Assembly (NCBI GenBank): GCA_951406725.2
Contig: OX597821.1
Location: 10,044,001-10,108,000, forward strand
Direction of reading: 5' to 3'
Length of the DNA: 64,000 nucleotides
Source of the DNA: Octopus vulgaris
Taxonomy: Eukaryota
The notes under the pieces are model-generated. The model was given only the letters and a program-made list of their open reading frames with translations. It was not told where the DNA came from and searched no databases. The position numbers and the translations under genes are program-made. Shown here piece by piece: positions 54,810 to 64,000 of the stretch. Every line of letters starts with the position of its first letter. The stretch's first letter is position 1.

Positions 54810-56200
54810 AATTGATTAGGTAGTCCACTTTTCTAATCCCATCCTTGCAGAATCGGTACTTTGAGTCTACTCCATTTTTCATTACATGGGCTTTGTAGTT
54901 CAGGGTCATCAAGCTCTGATCTTGAGCGTTAAGTTGAAAACTTCGCTTTGTGCCTTTAGCCATGAGCTCCGTAGCCATTGATGGCCATGCTTCTGATATA
55001 CACCGGCTTGTTTGCCACGGGTCACATATTTGCCATGCAGAGATTTTATGCCCATTTATCAGCTAAATTGTTCATATGCTTATTTCTTCGCTCTTGATTT
55101 CACCTTTTTCATTGCAACAGCGGTTGCAGCACTTTCTCAAGCGTTTCATAGTGGGTATTGTGCATAAACTCACTAGTAAACTTTTTGATCTCCTTCAGGA
55201 CAAAATGAAGCTCCTTACATCGCTCCTGATTTTGAACGTGTTTAAGTTACAGGCTTAAAGATATCTAACCATTCCAATTGTTGTGATTTTGTAAGAGATT
55301 TCAAATACGATCAAAACTCGACCTTCTCGCGCTCTGGAATGATTAAGACGATCGGCGTCTTTCTTTTGGTGGGGCATATTATGGCAAATCAGCAGGTTAA
55401 GTATTTTCCTGTCAAGCTTATGTATTTCGTTGATATTCCTGTTGAAAACGGCCATGGGATGCGAACAGCTTATTTTGCTTGTAAAACGTGTTTTTCTTTC
55501 AAAATCGTCATATTCTTGAATCTTTTGCTCAGATTTTCTGTTTTAGAGTTTAATTTGCTTCAAAAAAGATCTCCCTTTGGCGATAACCTACATTTTCTTT
55601 TACTTTTTCTGCCCTTTCTGGATCTTAAATATTTCCACAATTTAGTTCAATGAATATTGATATTTCACCTCCCATTAATTCCATCTGTTTTAATTTTACT
55701 TTTCCAGATTGAAATCCTTCCCAGAGCAGGTCTCCTTTGATTTTTAGAGTCATAATCTGGTTTAAATGCATAAATAATATCATTTAACTCAGTAATATCA
55801 GCTTAAAATTATTGCATGACTTTTTGTTACATAGTTGCGAATTTAATTTGCCTTTTATTATATTTTGTATTTGAGAGATCAGGTAGAGGTTCTCCATTAT
55901 GTATGATTGCATGACGTACAACAGCAGACTTATTCAGGATTTTATGCTTCATGTCCATCATAGATTCTCTGTACTTTTCAACAAATGTGTGGTCTTCAAA
56001 TACTATTTCCTTACAACTTTCCCACCTATCTATATCAGGTGTTTGCGTGTTTTGATTAGATGACAAGTTTTCAATTAACACTCGTGGAGAACTGCTCATT
56101 TCATCTGATTTTTCATTTACTTGCTGCTTTATATTTCGGTAACTTTCTGCTGTGTGCTTGATCGTGATTATTTCACTATCTGTGAATCTATTATTCATAT
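54810..56200 (-). mobile_element. R4/Dong-like LINE relic with RT core deleted
   Basis: An N-terminal region is joined to post-RT LDRKI..HQKKDADRL..REGR, HGKY and AQDQSL motifs. Confidence 0.7.
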
Positions 56201-56257
56201 AGTTACCCTCCTAAAACTTTCTTTTTCTTCTTATTATTGATATTATTATTATTATTG

Positions 56258-56684
56258 GATGGGAGAGCAGCACATACTACCAAAGTGACACTGACATACA
56301 AATGTACGAGGCCCAATATACTCACACCGCCTGAAAGGTCACTCAATGAGGGTTGTTTAAGAATGAGGTACAAAACATCCATGTTTCCAGTGATGAATTT
56401 TTCAAGCCCCACAGAATTCCACTCAACACAAGACGATGGTGCACCCCTACTACTTCTGCTCGTGATCAGAGATGCGTATATTGTCATCCAAAAAGATGCA
56501 TGCTCAACAGGTTCTGGTTAAGCATCTGACAAGTAAATCAGTGAAAGAGAGCAGAATCTTTGCTGCTGCTCATTTCTATAACAAGACAAAACATGTAGAT
56601 GGTAATACTTCCAATCAACTCAAATTAGAAGACATGACTGCCATTACATGTTAATGTATTAGGGTATAGTACTGTATCAGGTAA

Positions 56685-56745
<61 letters not shown>

Positions 56746-57110
56746 GAGTGAGAAAGCAGTGCAAGCCATCAAAGTGACACTGGAGTAAAATATACGAAGC
56801 CCAGTATACCCATCATGACTACCCGTCTGATAAACATACACTAGGCACATGCATCACAACCACATGTGCGCGACATGAGGATCTCATATCAAGATAAACA
56901 GCAGATGACCTTACAGGTGAGGCCCAGTTAGAATTTTCTTCTGGTCGACTAACACATCCCGCTCAACATGTTCCTGAATAAGGATGTTGAACGAAACACC
57001 CATGTTTCCAAAGTGCATTATCGAAAACTCTAAGAATTCCTTTCAACACACGGCTATGATGCTCCTCCACTACTTCTGCTCATGATCAGATATGTAGATA
57101 TCGTCAGCCA
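56258..57110 (-). mobile_element. Two copies (56258-56660, 56745-57110) of a (TAA)n-tailed repeat, with a further stub at ~53890
   Basis: Shared GAGAGCAG..CAAAGTGACACTG...CTACTTCTGCTC(G/A)TGATCAGA, each abutting (ATT)n. Confidence 0.65.
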
Positions 57111-57129
57111 GAATTAGTTGTACTAGAAT

Positions 57130-58050
57130 CGAGCACAGAAAAATCGAAGCTTATGAAAAAACCTGTGCTAAAACTGCTGCCTTAGATATTCTTACTGAAA
57201 ATGGCACGAAAAACCTCCCAAAGGGTGATAATAATAGCGATGTTGAAAAAGCACTTACTCATCAAGGGTTAATGGTTTCTGGCTTCCGATCAGAAACAGA
57301 AGGGTGTATCAATAGAGCGCAACATCAATGCCTACCTATAAGAAACTACCAGGCCTATATATTAAAGAACGGCAGCCGCTCAACATGTGTATGGCAACAA
57401 CAAAATATTGTCTCCGAGTGCAGTTCTCTTGAACCTGCAAATTATCTCAACAGGCATGATAGAACTGCACAATATATTCACTGGGAACGCAAACTACTTC
57501 CAGTGCTTAAAATGATCACATTTCACTCCTTTGAAACTTCACCATTCAAACTGACAGAAATATAGATGCATATAGTCCAGACATTACATTGAAAGCCTTC
57601 AGACAAATGGCATGCCTCCTCTTCCATAAGACTGTCCCAATCGATATAAATGTATCTGTCAAGACCTATCAAAACCTGAGCAACTACAAAGATCTTGAAA
57701 TAAAAATTGCCTAAAAGTGGAACCTGAAGACTAATACAATGCCCGTTGTTATAGGTGATCTAGGAAATATCGAAAAAACAGGCTGATACCAGGAAGCTCT
57801 AAAAGGGCAAAAATTTAGAGACAGTGCTCATGGGAATTGCCCATATCCCACGTAAAATACTGTGAATGTAACCTTAAATATTAAAACAACTCATATTTTT
57901 TTTATTTTTTAAAACTTCCCTGGAACCATACTATGTAGAAAACCAAATATATGGCACCCTAGGAATAACATCAATATGAGCTTCTAACTTGTTTTCTCTT
58001 GAGGTCTCTGGGTGAGACATGGAGGCAAATTGTACAAAAACAAAATCAAT
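57130..58050 (+). mobile_element. R4/Dong-like LINE 3' fragment
   Basis: SGFRSETEG..AQHQCLP..YLNRHD, RLE region and 3' UTR. Paralogous to 59380-60395. Confidence 0.85.
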
Positions 58051-58181
58051 CATATAGTAATAATAATAATGATGACGATGATGATAATGATGATGATGTT
58101 AATAACAATAACAATAACAACAACAGCAGCAACAACAATAACAACAACAACAACAAAATAATAATAATAATAATAATAATG

Positions 58182-58315
<134 letters not shown>

Positions 58316-58417
58316 AAATGAACGAACTATTGAGTTTGGTTTAATGGCCTACCAATATACACTATGAGTTTCTTTGCCTAGGAGTCGGAAGCCACTCGGC
58401 AAGAAATGGAAGAAAAT

Positions 58418-58467
<50 letters not shown>

Positions 58468-58670
58468 TCTGTACAAAGCAATGGCTCTCATGGCTTCATA
58501 TCTTAACTGATTAGAAGTGTTATCTCGTATATTGTTTTGTCTTGGCATAAAAGATAGGCTACTGTAAATATTCTGCTCAATACCACAGGTTTGCTTGTCA
58601 GTTGTTTGACGTTATCAGACGGGTAGTCATGATGAGTGTCATTTTGATTGTATGCACTTCTCTCTCAGTC

Positions 58671-58729
<59 letters not shown>

Positions 58730-58734
58730 TTAAA

Positions 58735-60395
58735 GTGATTGTTAAACATTTCAGTGATGACATCAGAATGCAATTTGGCCGCTGTAAATGTGTAAAAGCT
58801 ACCTTTATCAAATGAAAATATAACGTTAACCTTGACCAGCAAAATACCCTAAAGGAGTTAGAACTAGCGAAGAGCTACTAATATCTAGGAGTATTTGAAG
58901 GGGACGGAATCAAACATTCAGTGATGAGAGAAAAGATCAGAAGAGAATTTTATCGCAGGGTAAGGGCAATACTCAAGACAGAGCGGAATGCAAGAAACAG
59001 GATCGAAGCGATGAATACCTTAAACATACCTGTCATGACTTACATTTTCAATATCATTAATTGGTTAACTGAAATACGAAAATAGTTGACAATGCATATA
59101 ATGCACCACCCTAAGCTGGATATAGAACGACTTTATCTGGCAATAAAAGTCGGAGGCTGCAGATATTACAACTTAAATTAACAATGAAGATTGTCACCAT
59201 TGGCCAACACACCTACCTGAAAAACTCTGAGGACTAGATGTTAAAACTTGTCTCAAAACATGAAAACAGGAAAGCTTCATACACAGTAACAAATCAGGCA
59301 AAGGAATATCTAAGTGAATTCCAAATACAACGGATTCCGGAATTAGACATACGAGAAACAAACGCAGAAAAAGCTAAGCGCATGAAAACAGTGCTAAAAC
59401 TACTGCCTTAGATGTCCTGACTGATAAATAGCAAGAAAAACCTCTCAATCGCAAATACGCAAAGTGAGCGAATAATGCAGATGTTGACGAAGCCCTGACT
59501 CATCAATGGATAATGGCTTCTGGCTTAAAATCTGAAACAGAAAGGTCTATCATAGCAGCTCAATATAAATGCCTACCTACAGGGAACTACAAGGCCAACA
59601 TATTAAAGAACGGCAGTAGCCCAACATGTCGTTTATGTAAACAACAAAATGAAACCATTGATCATGTTGTATCCAAGTGCAGTCTTCTTGCGCCTACAGG
59701 GTATCTCAACAGGCATGATACAGCTGCACAATATATTCATTGGGTTATTTTCAAAAGCCTGGACTTGCCCCATGATAAAAAACTGGTGGGAACACAAAGC
59801 ACCTACAGTGCTTGAAAATGATCACATGTCATTCCTCTGAAACTTTCCCATTCAAACTGACAGACAGATAGATGCGAATAGGTTAGACATCATATTGAAA
59901 TACTTCAGACAAAAATTATGCCTCCTCATTAATATGACTGTCCCAATCGATATAAACGTATCTGTCAAGACCTACCAAAAACTGACCAAATATAAAGATC
60001 TTGAAATAGAAATTAGCAAAATGGGGAACCTGAAGACTAAAACAATACATGTCACAGGTGCCCTGGAAATAATAGCGAAAGGGGCTGATTGCTACCTAGC
60101 TCAGATACCAGGAAACCCCAAAATGCCAAAAATTCAAAAGATATTGCTGATAGGAACTGCTCATATCCTACGCAAAATACTTTCTATGTAATCTCAAGTT
60201 TTAAAACAAACAATTTTCTTACAGCTTCTTAAACATTCTCCAGATTCTAGAACAACACTATGTACAAAACCAAATAAATGGCACCCTAGGCATAACACCA
60301 GAATGAACTTCGAACTTGTTGTCTCTTGAGGTTTCTGGGTGAAACTTAGAGCCAACTTTTCCAAATGTAAAGCAAAAGTCAAACATAAAATAATA
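58735..60395 (+). mobile_element. R4/Dong-like LINE, 5'-truncated, between (TAA)n tracts
   Basis: RT end (FSDDIRMQFG..KC, YLG), CRLCKQQNETIDHVVSKC zinc finger, RHD, KYKDLEIEI and GTAHILRKILSM*. Confidence 0.9.
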
Positions 60396-60849
60396 ATAAT
60401 ACTATTCGTCATTTGATAGTTTCAGGCAAATTTCTACGGAATCACCTGTTAAACCTCCATGTCGCTGGGGTGTGTACAGTATTGTATGCTCTTTTTTATT
60501 GTTAGTGGCGCTTGGCAGCACTCTTCTCGATATTGTATTGCATCAGTTTGCTTTGGTATGGATTTTTTTGTTGCATTAGCGTTTGTATGGTGCATTATAT
60601 GTATAATGAGAGATGTGGGTGGGGCGTTTTTTGTATGTTATATATTTTTAGTTTTGTTTTTAATGTATTTGTCATTAGGTGATTTTTTTTATCACACATA
60701 GTGCTCCTATTACGGTGTCTATTTTTCATCTCCGCATTCGTGTTATCGCTATTTCAAGATCTCTGTATTTTGATAGTGATAGTTTCTCCCTTTGTTTTAG
60801 ACATGCATTGTCATCTGTTGGTTTTGATACACCCATTAGAAGTCTTTTA

Positions 60850-61650
60850 TATTTGTTGAAATCTAACCTTGATCTCTTCGTCAGTTTATTAGCATATCAC
60901 AGGTAAGATAGCATTGCCAGTTTTTGAGACCTTTTCTGTGATATGCCTATATCGTATTACTTCTGTATTTATTCCATAGCGTTCGCATATCTTCCAGCGT
61001 ATATAAGGCTCAACGCTCTCAGACCTTTGGACTGGAGAGCGAGGGACAATGCGATATATTGTTTCTTCACCATCGCCACACATTCTGCAGTTATTTATTA
61101 ATTATATTTTTTTCCATTATGTGATTCTGGCGGTTTTGATCTTGTGCTACATTTAAAATGTCTTCTGGCTTTACTTCGAGCCCTGAAATTCTCAACCATT
61201 TTATATTTTTTAATTTGTCTCTTTCTTTTCTGTTTAGCTTGCCACGCAAGGGTTTTCTTACTATCGTTTTATAAAGTGTACTTTTTACCAATTTTAGTTT
61301 AGATTTCAGTAGCTTTGTTGCTTTTATTATTTGCTCTTTTTCTTTATAGCTCTCAGGCACTTATAACCTTGCAGTTTCGGCTACCTTCAATAAAGAAATC
61401 CTGTTTTGTTGCTACTTGTACAAGTTTTCCTCTTCTGAAATAGATATTTCTCTAATCCTCTATGTTTGTTATTTTATAGAAATTTTCCAGATTTTAAATC
61501 CTCTACCACCTTCAGTTCGTTGTATATATATATAGCCTACGGACGTCAGATTTCGAGTGCTTTACTGTAAACTCCGTCATTATTTTTCATGTTTTATTTT
61601 CTATCTAGTTGGGTTTGTTTATATAGTGTCCAGTTAAGAATATTGTAACA
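60850..61650 (-). mobile_element. R4/Dong-like LINE relic
   Basis: WLRISGLEVKPE..AQDQ and MCGDGEETIYRIV. Confidence 0.7.
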
Positions 61651-62199
61651 TGAGGTAGCGCGTTAAATTCTTGGACCGCGCAGTGTCTTGTGTTCTTCAG
61701 GAAAACACAATATTTCTCGTTGCTACAGTTCATTCAATCGTAGAAATGAGTTGTGATGTCACTAGCGCCAATCCGTATCCTCGTTTGTCTTTGCCTTAGA
61801 TAAAATCGGTGCCATGGTGGTGGGGTGCTGTTACGTATGGTCGACTGTTGATCATTCATAACAGAATGGTGTCGTTACCCTTTTATTATTAGTAGTAATA
61901 TTGTTATACTTTTTTGTTTTGTGCTTTCGCTCACTTTTCAATGCAATTCTGTGTATCTTAGATATGTACAGTATATTCTTCTATCGAATTATATCCGGTG
62001 ACTTTCTGCACTATCATATCTAATTTATGCATATTCATAAATCATGCGCGTTTGATTTGACAATACATCCTATTTTTGCATTATCACAGAATGTTTTCTG
62101 TTTTAATAGAGACATATATACACAAGCTCGTTCACACATATATACATATACACGTAAATGTACTTCTTCAGTTCTTGCACAGGTGCTTTATCGCCTCTT

Positions 62200-62850
62200 T
62201 TGCCTAGTATTTCATTTATGTGTCTCATCCTTTTATTAAGGTCTTTCATAACACAATACTGCACTTTAGCTATAGTTTCCATTTCTCTGCAGTTTAGTAT
62301 ATTCCATTAAACAGGTTCTTTGTCAAACTCAGAGAACATCACATATATGCAAGTCCCAAATATCTCCCACTTGTAATTGTAATTTTTCTGGCTAATACTG
62401 TGAGAGACAATGTGGTCAGTTCCTCTTCTGATAACATTCCTGCATTTTGCATCCACGTAATGTTTTGCTTCACTTGGTCACCGTTCAATCGGAATTACAT
62501 TATATAACTTAATAGAACGAAAGGCTGTAGTCTTCAACAGAAAACTGGGAAGATTACGCAAGAACTAAAAGCTGTTGATATCAGAAAGAAACACATGGTG
62601 TTAAAATAAGTCTGAAATTCTATTAAATCTATTTGGCGATTGCTTAGGAGACGTTCCAGACATTAAGTGTCACAGTCATTACCCGGTTTTCCATTACTGA
62701 TGTTTTCAATATCCTATTACGTGTGGTCTTGTATTTTAATAGTCTTTTCATTGTCTCCAATATATGGAGTGGATGTTTTACTGAACATCGCAGGAAGATC
62801 CGGAAATATTGGACATTGTTTATAGCCACGTTTCGTAGAGTGTAAAGCTT
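62200..62850 (-). mobile_element. Decayed CR1-like LINE 3' region
   Basis: LSEEELTTLSL (cf. LSYEERL..L.L) and WEIFGTC remnants. Confidence 0.45.
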
Positions 62851-63810
62851 GATAGCATTTCTAAGATCAGTTCCTTATTTACTTCTGTTGCAGAGTAAAT
62901 ACGTTGCTGTGTATGGCTGTGTGTTAACCTACGTATGTATATATGTATTTATAAATCCGCACACATATATATCGTGTTTGTGAGTGTAGGTTATACATAT
63001 ATCTAAATATACATGACTATGCATGTATGTGTTTAACTGTGTTTATGAAAATGTGGGCATCTATATCAGCGATAAGTAATTCTCATGCAATAAGTCACTG
63101 TTTTGTTCGCTAAAGAATTCAGAAATATATATATGTATGTGTGTGTGTGTGTGTGTGCGTGTGTCTGCAGTTTATGCATAAACACAAACACAAGATCCCA
63201 CACAGACACAGCAACACACACGCCTCACACACATACACATGCACATAAACACGCACATACACACACGTTTTGGTCGAGCCAGTCTCGTTCTGCTCCATAG
63301 TTCCACATGTGTGCCCACAATCACATAAGCAGTTTTAGACTGTGATGTGATTTTTTATTCTTTTCCTGTAAGTCTTGCATACATTTGTTTCGCTGTACGT
63401 ATGAAGTAGTGGTGGTGGAAGAATGAAAGTCAGAATAAAGTTAACAGAATAAAATAGCGAAATGGATTAAAAGTGAATTAGTTACTGTATTGGAAATTGC
63501 AATATTGAAGTTAGTAATCGTTAAAATCCAACGTTTCTGCCAGCTCGCCGCCTTCCATAATTCTTAGAACAAGGATGATAATGGCAATGATAAAAGTAAT
63601 ATGAGTGAAACAGATAAAGAGATTAAGTTATTTTTGTTGATTTTCTTATCACTAGAAAACAAGGTTATCAGCTACCGCCACTGTTTTCTGTAAGTTGGGT
63701 AAATTTTTGATTAGAGGGCGCTTCAATAATGGCACACTAAATACATGACGTCGGTTTAAGAATACAATGAAACACTTACACACACACACAGACACACACA
63801 CACACACACG

Positions 63811-63841
<31 letters not shown>

Positions 63842-63851
63842 TTATAGAAGG

Positions 63852-63902
63852 AGCTTCTACAGGACTAGAACTGTTTCATTCAAAAGAAATCATCAGGAAG
63901 CT
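63852..63902 (-). ncRNA. Type I hammerhead ribozyme
   Basis: AGCUUC-CUGAUGA-UUUC-uuuu-GAAU-GAAA-CAG-uucuaguc-CUG-UA-GAAGCU. 6-bp stem I, intact core, GUA cleavage triplet. The 3' side abuts (TA)n. Confidence 0.85.
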
Positions 63903-64000
63903 AGGTGACAAGAGTAGTTTTGGCATTTATAAATTTAGGCAGGTTTAAAGGGGTGGTGATGCCTACAATCTCAATATAATTGACAACTATAGGCAATAAA

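Overview
AT-rich, microsatellite-dense animal genomic DNA; the SINE/LINE repertoire suggests an octopus/cephalopod (inference). I see no confident host protein-coding gene. Bases 1-25583 are a near-identical ~12.84-kb tandem duplication. Each unit carries a 5'-truncated frameshifted RTE LINE, tRNA-derived SINEs, a mariner relic and a long-TIR foldback (Merlin-like) element nested in a SINE. The rest is a transposon graveyard: CR1, RTE, Penelope RT and GIY-YIG relics, Helitrons (one with a full-length mariner inserted in its last codons), a CCHC ORF1 relic and a cluster of R4/Dong-like RLE LINEs in (TAA)n. The most notable signal is a set of at least eight type I hammerhead ribozyme (HHR) motifs from about six sequence-unrelated families between 29 and 64 kb. 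Three families sit in 240-660 bp head-to-head palindromes embedded in (TA)n, one carries a compensatory G3-C8 core swap, and one is fused behind a tRNA-like Pol III head. Ribozyme folds were read by eye and need computational and biochemical confirmation.
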